64,000 nt of DNA from Paludibacteraceae bacterium (lineage in GTDB: Bacteria > Bacteroidota > Bacteroidia > Bacteroidales > Paludibacteraceae), in the NCBI GenBank assembly GCA_017444065.1, contig JAFSXJ010000018.1, positions 1,778 to 65,777 on the forward strand. Reading direction: 5' to 3'. Every line of letters starts with the position of its first letter. Position 1 is the first letter of the stretch. The position numbers and the translations under genes were made by a program. The notes beneath the pieces were generated by a model. That model was not told where the DNA came from and did no database searches. It saw only the letters and a list, made by a program, of their open reading frames with translations. Shown here piece by piece: positions 44,633-52,638 of the stretch.

Positions 44633-46750
44633 ATGACTTTCACAGAAGCCAAACAAAGATTTGACAGCCAATTTGGCACAGCAACCGAGTTTACTGATTT
44701 TTTGCCGGAACATTTGACATTGGGTAAGAAAACAGGACTCCGTAAGACCAATGGAACGAAGAACGAGCAGTACTATAAATGGCAGTGCCTTTCTGCCATA
44801 GTAGATGCCGGTTTGTTTCCAAAAGACCTTATGGGTACAGAGGTGCATTTTCCGAAAGGTAACAAGTCTTCCGCTGCTCTCAAATTGGATGCCGCTGTTT
44901 TTGACGATGCTTCATGGTTTGACCATTACCAAGACTATCACACCAACAATAATGCAGAGGCTCTTGATTGGCTCCGCAAACATCTTGTTGTTGCTATGGA
45001 GTTTAAGAAAGAGGACAACAAGAATATTGCAGAAGTTTGGGACAAGCAACTTAAAGCCTATATGAAAGAGTCGGAAGCGGCTTTCTGTTTGGGCATCCTA
45101 TATGATACCGAACGCCTTTATCTATTTCGCAAATACAAAGGTAAACTCCTAAGATATAGCGAAGAGTATAATATGAAAGGCGAAGATAGCGGAACTAAAG
45201 AGTTATCGCTACATCTCCCAGATCCGTATAGAAACATTCCAACCCTTGAATATATACTAACTTATGAAGAAAGCAAGCAAATAGATAGAAGTCGCAGGGG
45301 AATTGTAAAATTGGATGTTATCTCCGGCTTGCAATCTACACAAATTAGCGATGCCATGTCAGCTATTTTGCGCACGTTGGATAAGATGGGTATGGTTAAT
45401 CAAAAAGGATTTGAAATTCTCATACAGATATTGTCATTAAAGATTTTCGATGAAAAACGGAATGAACGGAATTACCACCGAACTTTAGATTTCTATTTAT
45501 CCGAAAAGGAAAAGTCTTTTAACTCATTAGCAGATGCCGGTGTCCAATCTTTGATAACACGTATAAAAAATCTACTTCATGAAGCAAGTGGTGATTATTA
45601 TCGCATCCTATCTAATAATACGCTTGATTTCCGAAATGAGAAACATATCCATGTGCTGATTGAGGTTATAAAGCAATTCCAAGATTATTCTTTCGTGCGT
45701 TCACAGAAAACGGACTTATATCAGATGGTGTTCTATAAATTTGCAGGAGAGTTTGCCAAAGACCAACATGCACAATTTGTTACGCCCCTTCCGATGATTG
45801 AATTTCTTGTTAATATTGTCAATCCTCGAAACGGAGAAAGTGTCATCGATCCAACAGTTGGAATAGCAGACTTTCTTTCTGTTTCCTACGTCAATTCCAA
45901 CAGCAAGTTAGATGACAAAAATATCTTCGGTATGGATATTGACGAGCAGATGGTAATGCTTGCTACATTAAATATGCTGCTCAATGGTGACGGAAATGCC
46001 AAGATTATTGCTCAGGTGGATGGATATGGCTCATTACTGACAAAATTTGATAAAACGGGAGAACCTATTCAGTTAGTGCCGAGTACTAACAAAAATGGTA
46101 ATTGGGATAACCGTCCGGATAATAAAGAACTTAAGAAGTTTGACGTTGTTCTTACTAATCCGCCTTTTGGCGAGGATCGTGCTTTTGTTCCTGCAAACGA
46201 TCAGGCCAAAGAGATTATACAATGCTATGAGCTGTGGAATCAATACGGGCAAGGCAAGATAGACTTGGGCATCGCTTTCTTGGAAAACGCATACCATATT
46301 CTTAAAGAAAACGGGCGAATGGGTATCGTGTTGTCTAATTCTATTGCAAGTATTGACTCACACCAAATAGCTCGTAAGTGGATGATGGATAAGATGCGAA
46401 TTGTGGCACTTTTCGATATGCCGGCTAATGTGTTTGCAGAAACAGGAGTAAACACCACGATTATTGTTGCCTATAAGCCTAAACCGGCAGAACTAAAGCG
46501 GTTGAAAGAAAAAGGATATGAGATTTTTGTGCGTGATATTCATAAAGTCGGCTACGAAGTCAAGACAAGCAAACGCGTTAAGTACTTTGCTCCCACCTAC
46601 AAAATCAACTATGAGACATTTGAAACAGAAATTGACAAAGAAGGAAATCCTGTTATAGATGAGGATTTTACTTCAACAGTTGCTGATTTCAAACAGTGGT
46701 GTTTGCGCCAAGAGAAAACATTACAGGATTTATTCATTAAGGCAAAATAA
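44633..46750 (+). CDS. N6-adenine DNA methyltransferase with an N-terminal PD-(D/E)xK (HSDR_N-like) nuclease domain; BcgI-A-like type IIB/IIG R-M subunit
   Basis: Candidate nuclease motif LKLDAAVFDD ... VVAMEFKKED. Gamma-class MTase motifs: FVTPLPMIEFLVNIV, VIDPTVGIADFL (motif I) and LTNPPFG (motif IV). Confidence 0.65.
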   Translation: MTFTEAKQRFDSQFGTATEFTDFLPEHLTLGKKTGLRKTNGTKNEQYYKWQCLSAIVDAGLFPKDLMGTEVHFPKGNKSSAALKLDAAVFDDASWFDHYQDYHTNNNAEALDWLRKHLVVAMEFKKEDNKNIAEVWDKQLKAYMKESEAAFCLGILYDTERLYLFRKYKGKLLRYSEEYNMKGEDSGTKELSLHLPDPYRNIPTLEYILTYEESKQIDRSRRGIVKLDVISGLQSTQISDAMSAILRTLDKMGMVNQKGFEILIQILSLKIFDEKRNERNYHRTLDFYLSEKEKSFNSLADAGVQSLITRIKNLLHEASGDYYRILSNNTLDFRNEKHIHVLIEVIKQFQDYSFVRSQKTDLYQMVFYKFAGEFAKDQHAQFVTPLPMIEFLVNIVNPRNGESVIDPTVGIADFLSVSYVNSNSKLDDKNIFGMDIDEQMVMLATLNMLLNGDGNAKIIAQVDGYGSLLTKFDKTGEPIQLVPSTNKNGNWDNRPDNKELKKFDVVLTNPPFGEDRAFVPANDQAKEIIQCYELWNQYGQGKIDLGIAFLENAYHILKENGRMGIVLSNSIASIDSHQIARKWMMDKMRIVALFDMPANVFAETGVNTTIIVAYKPKPAELKRLKEKGYEIFVRDIHKVGYEVKTSKRVKYFAPTYKINYETFETEIDKEGNPVIDEDFTSTVADFKQWCLRQEKTLQDLFIKAK

Positions 46751-46753
46751 GGT

Positions 46754-48244
46754 ATGAACAGATACGTACGTACTCCTGACGCCGTTTCATATAATGAGGT
46801 AGTTAACAGCCAATATAAGCTGTCATCTTCCTTATTCCTGAAATTGGTCATGCCCAATGCCAATAGTAAAAAACTTGCAGATTTCTTGTCTCGCAAATTA
46901 AATAGAACTGATTTGGGCGTAGAAGTCGGATCTTTAAGCTATATTGATAAATCCCCAAAATATTTTTTGCGGACGAAAGCATTACAAGACTATTCGTACA
47001 TTCCGGAACTTACTTCGGAAACAATGCTACCAATATTGCCGAAGGATTTTGTAAACATGCATTTGAGAAAGGGCGATGTCGTTATTTCAAAGGACAGCAA
47101 TATTGGAGAAGTTGTTATCTTGGAAAAAGATTATCCTGATTGTATGCTGTCGGGAGCCTTATATAAACTGCCGCTTAAAGAAGAATGGAAATATTATTTG
47201 TTGGCGTTTATTAAGCATGATATTTTTAGAGAACAATTAAATGCAATTGTGCCTAAAGGTGCTACTATAAGACATGCCAAAACACTATTTCTTGATTGCG
47301 TGATTCCGCTTCCAAATAATAATGCAGAGAATGTAATAAAATACGTCTCAATATTAACGGAAGCAATTATTAATAAGCAAGTCCTCATAAAACAACGCCA
47401 CGCAGAAATACTACGTTTGATAGATGAAGAATTGTACAATAATCAAAAAGAGGCAACATTTACATATCAACTACCGACGTTGAAAGATTTGCAGGAAGTT
47501 GGAAGATTAGATACAGGCTTATATTCTTCTGTTTTTAAAGAAAGTATTAATTTGATACATTCATATTCGGGGGGATATAAAAACAACATTTATGCATTAG
47601 GTTATAAACTGAATCGCGGACAAAATTTGCAAGAATCTAATATCGGAAAAAGTATATATTCTGATAAAAGTCATGACCATTTTTATACTTTGGCGTTACC
47701 TACTTATTTTTCAGAATATGGTACGATTAATAAAACAATATATTTGGGTAACCCAAACAAATTAAAAACTTTATCACAAGGAGAGATTGTTTTTGGTGCG
47801 GAAGCGACATTTAGAGGATTTGTTGTTTGTGATAAAAAAGACAAATGCATTACAAATATACATGGCATAACTATTTCAAATAATGGTAATCTTATCCAAA
47901 GTATATTTGTGAAAAGTTTTTTAGACTATCTAGTAAGACGCGGAGTAATTGATGCTGTAAAAGTTGGTGGTCATGGTGGTAGTTTTGCTCAAAAATATTG
48001 GGATATTATACCTTTTCCGAATTTCCCAGAAAGCAAGCAGAAAGAGATAGCTGCTTTATATCATAATCCGCAAGAATATCAATCAAGCGATTGCACGCTT
48101 GCTAACTTCCTCGTATATGACGATTCCTATAATTCCACTGCCGGTATCTATGAACTTGACAAGACAGCGAAACATTTTCAGCAACTCCTCAGCCAAGCAA
48201 TTGATGATATTGTAAACGACCGAGAAGTAGTGATTAGATTATAA
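46754..48244 (+). CDS. restriction-modification specificity (S) subunit with two target-recognition domains
   Basis: 3 nt after the MTase gene. Two halves each end in a conserved S-subunit-like block (CVIPLPNNNAENVIKYVSILTEAIINKQ and IIPFPNFPESKQKEIAALY) followed by helical spacers. Confidence 0.6.
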   Translation: MNRYVRTPDAVSYNEVVNSQYKLSSSLFLKLVMPNANSKKLADFLSRKLNRTDLGVEVGSLSYIDKSPKYFLRTKALQDYSYIPELTSETMLPILPKDFVNMHLRKGDVVISKDSNIGEVVILEKDYPDCMLSGALYKLPLKEEWKYYLLAFIKHDIFREQLNAIVPKGATIRHAKTLFLDCVIPLPNNNAENVIKYVSILTEAIINKQVLIKQRHAEILRLIDEELYNNQKEATFTYQLPTLKDLQEVGRLDTGLYSSVFKESINLIHSYSGGYKNNIYALGYKLNRGQNLQESNIGKSIYSDKSHDHFYTLALPTYFSEYGTINKTIYLGNPNKLKTLSQGEIVFGAEATFRGFVVCDKKDKCITNIHGITISNNGNLIQSIFVKSFLDYLVRRGVIDAVKVGGHGGSFAQKYWDIIPFPNFPESKQKEIAALYHNPQEYQSSDCTLANFLVYDDSYNSTAGIYELDKTAKHFQQLLSQAIDDIVNDREVVIRL

Positions 48245-48247
48245 GTT

Positions 48248-49180
48248 ATGGACTTTTATAGTAAGAATAGTTATTCTTTAGATGATATAAAGTACCTTAT
48301 AAATAATGAGGTTGAAGAAAATATACACCTTGATTATAAGGCTGCTGGGGCATTGGCAAAGGATGACAAGAAACGCGTGGAAATCACTAAAGATGTTTCG
48401 GCATTTGCCAATTCAGATGGTGGCATTATTGTTTATGGTATTGCAGAATATGACCACAGACCCAAAGAGATAAGTCCCATAGATGGCCGAATATATACTA
48501 AAGAATGGTTGGAAAATGTCATACACCTAATTCAGCCGAGAATAGAGGGGCTAAAAATATATCCTATAAGAATTGGTGATTTAGAGAAATCAATATATAT
48601 CGTGCAAATACCAAAGAGCGATAGTGCTCCGCACATGGCGAATAATCATTGTTACTATGGGCGTAAAAATTTTCAATCACTTCCGTTAAAAGATTATGAA
48701 GTTAAAGAATTGTATAATCGAGTGTCTATCCCAAAACTATTGATTGATAATTGTGCGTTCTATGTGGAGGAAGAAAATCGAGATACAATAACATATCATT
48801 TAGCGGCAGCAGTAATTAATCATGGAAAACGCGCATGTGAGTCATATAAATTTAACTTTTATATTAATAATGCTCAATATTGCGATATATCATATAGGAC
48901 TTTAGAAGAGAAGAACGCTTATACCCTTTTGGAGCACAATAGAATTAAACTTAGTTCTTGTTCGCAAGCGCCAATATATCCCACAGAACATTTAGATATG
49001 GGACATTTCCGTATAACTGTCAAAAAAAGATATAAAGAATTGTTCCTGTATAATCTTGTAATAGAACTGATGCTTTTTTATGGAAGTGAAAAGGAGAACT
49101 TGGCTTTTGTCCCTTTAACAGGAGAATTCATAGAAGAACGCGATAAAATTACCAAATTACTTATGGAAAAGGATTTGTGA
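48248..49180 (+). CDS. AlbA_2 (Schlafen-like putative DNA-binding) domain protein with an unknown C-terminal domain
   Basis: EENIHLDYKAAGAL...ITKDVSAFANSDGGIIVYGI...IYIVQIPKSDSAPH matches the AlbA_2 pattern. The C-terminal ~150 aa is unassigned. Confidence 0.55.
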   Translation: MDFYSKNSYSLDDIKYLINNEVEENIHLDYKAAGALAKDDKKRVEITKDVSAFANSDGGIIVYGIAEYDHRPKEISPIDGRIYTKEWLENVIHLIQPRIEGLKIYPIRIGDLEKSIYIVQIPKSDSAPHMANNHCYYGRKNFQSLPLKDYEVKELYNRVSIPKLLIDNCAFYVEEENRDTITYHLAAAVINHGKRACESYKFNFYINNAQYCDISYRTLEEKNAYTLLEHNRIKLSSCSQAPIYPTEHLDMGHFRITVKKRYKELFLYNLVIELMLFYGSEKENLAFVPLTGEFIEERDKITKLLMEKDL

Positions 49181-50013
49181 TTATGGGCAAAACAGTTACA
49201 ACATATTTGATTGACGGAGATCCGAAAGGGACTCAGTATGTGTTTGTCAGCAATAAGATTTGCCAGATGTATGTAATTCCGCGTTCAAACCTTTCTATTT
49301 TGAATGAGCGACAAGAGTTGCAGACACCGGCATTTTATATTCTGCTTGGTGAAGATGAAGCTACTAAGCCCAAAGCATATATCGGAGAGACCGAGAATTT
49401 CCGCGAGCGAGTAAAAGACCACGACAGCAAGAAAGCGTTTTGGCAAAAGGCGTTGCTGTTTATTTCCAAAGACGCAGCAATGACCAAAGCTGATGTGCAA
49501 TACTTGGAGCATCGAGCCATTGCGGAAGCGAAGGTCTCGAATACGTTTGTGCTGAATGAGAATAAGCAGACACCTAAAGCCCCCAATCTTCCCGAGTATA
49601 GAAAGGATGATATGGAAGGATTCTTTGAAGATGTGAAATTTCTCACATCGTTCATCGGTTGCAATATCTTTGATATGGTCAAACCGAAAAATGAACATTT
49701 ATTTTATACAAAGGGGCGTGGCTGTGATGCGAAGGGCTTTTATAACTCCAATGGATTTACCGTTTTGAAAGGCAGTATTGTTGCCGATTCGTCTGTTCCA
49801 TCGTTTACATGGAAAGAGAAAAGGAAGCGTCTAATCAAAGATTACACTATTAATGATAGTGGTAAATTGGTCTTGGAATCAGATAAAACATTCTCCAGCC
49901 CGAGCACTGCAGCGGATTTCTGCATAGGCAGCAGTAATAATGGCTGGCTTGTATGGAAGGACCAAGACGGTCAGACTTTGGATGCAGTATATAGAAAACA
50001 GTTAGAAGAATAA
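49177..50013 (+). CDS. GIY-YIG nuclease with a C-terminal DUF4357 domain
   Basis: FYILLGEDEATKPKAYIGETENFRERVKDH (GIY-YIG core) and the C-terminal FSSPSTAADFCIGSSNNGWLVWKDQDGQTL (DUF4357 signature). GTG 49177 overlaps the upstream TGA; an alternative ATG is at 49183. Confidence 0.7.
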   Translation: MIMGKTVTTYLIDGDPKGTQYVFVSNKICQMYVIPRSNLSILNERQELQTPAFYILLGEDEATKPKAYIGETENFRERVKDHDSKKAFWQKALLFISKDAAMTKADVQYLEHRAIAEAKVSNTFVLNENKQTPKAPNLPEYRKDDMEGFFEDVKFLTSFIGCNIFDMVKPKNEHLFYTKGRGCDAKGFYNSNGFTVLKGSIVADSSVPSFTWKEKRKRLIKDYTINDSGKLVLESDKTFSSPSTAADFCIGSSNNGWLVWKDQDGQTLDAVYRKQLEE

Positions 50014-50079
50014 ATAAAGCGCCCCCTCTCTGCTTTCAATCGAGCCAATAATCCAAACAGAAAGAGAAAGCAGAAACAG
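50014..50079. repeat. ~65-bp direct repeat r, copy 1 (immediately after the GIY-YIG stop codon)
   Basis: ATAAAGCGccCcCTCTcTGCTTtCAA...CAATAATCCAAACAGAAaGA... aligns with 55561-55626. Confidence 0.7.
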
Positions 50080-50124
50080 TATTGCAGAAAATAGAAATAT
50101 TAACATCATAAATAGAATGATAAG

Positions 50125-51134
50125 ATGAACTCGAGTGAACAATCAAAAGGAGAGATTGTAATTTACCAGGCAGAAGATGGAAAGGTCGCGATAGATGTTG
50201 TCCTTTCTGATGAAACAGTATGGGTAACACAGGAACAGATGTCTCTTCTATTCGGTAAAGCAACATCAACCATCAACGAACATATTAAGAATATTTTTGC
50301 GGAAGGAGAACTTGAAAAAGAAAAGGTCACACACAAATTCGGGATTTCCGAATTTATGCACAAAGCGCCATATTACTATAATCTTGACGTAATTATTTCT
50401 GTCGGTTATCATGTTCATTCTGTGCAGGGTACACGTTTCCGCCAGTGGGCGACTCAACGAATTCGCGAGTATATATTAAAAGGGTATACACTTGATGACG
50501 AAAGGTTAAAAGGTAATGGCGGACGATACTTCCGTGAACTGCTCCAGCGAATTCGTGACATACGCAGCAGTGAGCGTAATATGTATCAGCAGGTGACGGA
50601 TATATATGCTACAGCCATTGATTATGACCCGAAGGCTGAAATTACGCGCCAGTTCTTTGCTACTATTCAGAACAAGATGCACTATGCAGCTCATGAACAT
50701 ACTGCTGCTGAAGTCGTTTATGACCGAGTGGACAACGAAAAACCCATGCTCGGTATGACCAATTTTAAGGGGAACTATATCACGAAAGATGATATTATCA
50801 TTGCGAAGACTATTTAACAGAAGTGGAGTTGCAGCGTCTTAATCTGCTTGTTTCGCAATTCTTCGATTATGCTGAATTGCAGGCAATGGAGGCACATCCG
50901 ATGACGATGCATGAATGGATAGAAGAGTTGGACAGAGTGTTGCAGAACAACTGCCGTCCGATATTGTCCGGCAGTGGTTCTATCAGCCATCAGCAAGCAC
51001 TTGAAAAAGCGGAACAGGAGTACACCACTTATCGTCAGCGGGAACTGAGTCTGTTGGAATCGGATTACGACCGTGCCGTACGACAATTATCTTTGTTTAG
51101 TGGCGCAAATGACCAACTGACAGGAGAGAAATAA
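50125..51134 (+). pseudogene. rhuM: RhuM-family virulence/Fic-associated protein gene, disrupted by a 1-nt frameshift
   Basis: ORFs 50125-50817 (IVIYQAEDGKVAIDVVLSDETVWVTQEQMSLLFGKATSTINEHIKNIFAEGEL) and 50823-51134 are the N- and C-terminal parts of one RhuM-like protein. Shifting frame near 50803-50808 (gcgaagac) restores ...IIIAK-DYLTEVELQRLNLLVSQF... Confidence 0.7.
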
Positions 51135-51190
51135 AAAAACTTGCATTTTGAGTGATAGATTTTGACATCGTTCATACACATATATAGCAC

Positions 51191-51991
51191 ATGAAAATAT
51201 CGCAATCACCACATATCCAGTTTGTCAGTGACATGCACTTGGAGTTTGCAGAGAACCGCGCGTACCTCAAGAATCATCCGTTGGAAGTGACGGGTGACGT
51301 TCTGCTGGTGGCAGGCGATTCGGCGTATTTGGATTTGCCGGAGTCCGGACAAGACACATACGTGCAGTATAAGTTTTGGGACTGGGCAAGTGAGCATTAC
51401 AAACAAGTCATCGTGTGTCTTGGCAACCATGATTTCTACGGCTACTATGATTTGGCTACCATGCCGGACGGTTATTGCAAGGAAATCCGCCGCAATGTGC
51501 ATGCCTATTACAATTCGGTTGTACGTTTGCAGGATATAGACATCATTGTTTCTACATTATGGGCACATATAGAGCCGTTTAATGCTTATCAAACGGAGAA
51601 AGGCGTCAGTGACTTTTATCGGATTATGTACAATGGTCATCGCCTGACGGCTGATGATTTCAATAATGAGCATGAACGTTGTTTGGACTTCATTACAACG
51701 GCAGTAAAAGAGAGCAAGGCACGGACCAAAATCGTTCTCACTCACCATGTGCCGACGCAGTTTTGCACTGCAGCAGAATTTATCGGCAGTATAATCAACG
51801 GTGCTTTTACGGTTGAGTTGGGCAAGTATATTGCTGATTCGGGTATCGATTATTGGATTTACGGACACTCGCATCGTAATATTGATGCTCAAATTGGTGA
51901 TACGCAAATACTCTCTAATCAATTGGGGTATATTTCGCATGGAGAGCATATCCGCAACGGCTTTAATCCTTCAAGATATTTGGAAATATAA
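51191..51991 (+). CDS. calcineurin-like metallophosphoesterase
   Basis: FVSDMHLE, LLVAGDSAY, LGNHDFYG and GHSH motifs. Confidence 0.8.
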   Translation: MKISQSPHIQFVSDMHLEFAENRAYLKNHPLEVTGDVLLVAGDSAYLDLPESGQDTYVQYKFWDWASEHYKQVIVCLGNHDFYGYYDLATMPDGYCKEIRRNVHAYYNSVVRLQDIDIIVSTLWAHIEPFNAYQTEKGVSDFYRIMYNGHRLTADDFNNEHERCLDFITTAVKESKARTKIVLTHHVPTQFCTAAEFIGSIINGAFTVELGKYIADSGIDYWIYGHSHRNIDAQIGDTQILSNQLGYISHGEHIRNGFNPSRYLEI

Positions 51992-52022
51992 AACCAACAG
52001 AGAAGAATAGAAAACACTGAAT

Positions 52023-52523
52023 ATGGCACAGCGTTTACAAATACGTAAAGCGACGATGGTGGACATTCCGCGGATCATCAACTTGCTGCATCAGGTGAAC
52101 ATGGTGCATCATCAGTTACGTCCCGACCTGTTCAAGCCGCACACGACCAAGTACAATGACAAGGAACTGGCTGCCATGATGGAGACAGAACAGCAACCTA
52201 TATTCGTGTTTGATGACGGCACGGTGTCGGGCTATGTGTTCTGTCAGATTCAGGAAGTACGGGATGACCTGCTTCTGCAAGACCGCAAGACATTGTATAT
52301 TGATGACCTGTGCGTTGACGAGACAGCCCGCGGAAAGCATATCGGACGGCAGCTGTTCGACTATGTGCGTGAGTATGCTCTGACTATTGGATGTCATGCC
52401 ATTACACTCAATGTTTGGGAAGGCAACGATACAGCTCTGCGTTTCTACCAGAATATCGGCATGCAGGTGCAAAAAACATCCATGGAGTTAAAACTAAATG
52501 AACTCCACATAAAAACAAAATAG
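52023..52523 (+). CDS. GNAT family N-acetyltransferase
   Basis: 166 aa. LYIDDLCVDETARGKHIGRQLFDYVREYA...ITLNVWEGNDTALRFYQNIGM. Confidence 0.8.
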   Translation: MAQRLQIRKATMVDIPRIINLLHQVNMVHHQLRPDLFKPHTTKYNDKELAAMMETEQQPIFVFDDGTVSGYVFCQIQEVRDDLLLQDRKTLYIDDLCVDETARGKHIGRQLFDYVREYALTIGCHAITLNVWEGNDTALRFYQNIGMQVQKTSMELKLNELHIKTK

Positions 52524-52527
52524 AACT

Positions 52528-52638
52528 ATGGCAAACGAATCTATCATAAAACTGTTCGAGGACAAGAAAATACGTATTGTCTGGAACGAAGAGAAAGAGC
52601 AAGAACAGCATGGAGATACTGACAGACAGTTTGCATAA
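52528..52638 (+). pseudogene. truncated N-terminal fragment of a Bro-N/DinD-like gene (36-codon remnant)
   Basis: Hand translation: MANESIIKLFEDKKIRIVWNEEKEQ then unrelated EQHGDTDRQFA*. The first 25 aa resemble N-termini of Bacteroidales Bro-N-type proteins (..FE..KIR.VWD.EKE.WYFS..). The remnant runs into the start of the next gene in another frame. Confidence 0.4.

Larger units (their letters stand above)
39547..52609. other. accessory (defence-type) genomic island inserted between murE and the ydiJ-like/mraY genes
   Basis: Visibly lower GC than the flanking dcw genes, by eye and strongest at 42.2-50.0 kb. Content is defence/phage-related only. Contains one pseudogene and one truncated gene fragment at its right edge. 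No integrase or tRNA seen. Confidence 0.7.

Noticed and set aside
39547-52609. Interpreting the island as a prophage, ICE or a classical type I R-M locus
   Set aside because: There are no capsid, terminase, integrase, relaxase or T4SS genes and no HsdR-type helicase. KilA-N, the Bro-N fragment and RhuM are only phage-associated accessory genes. It is better described as a decayed, mosaic defence island.
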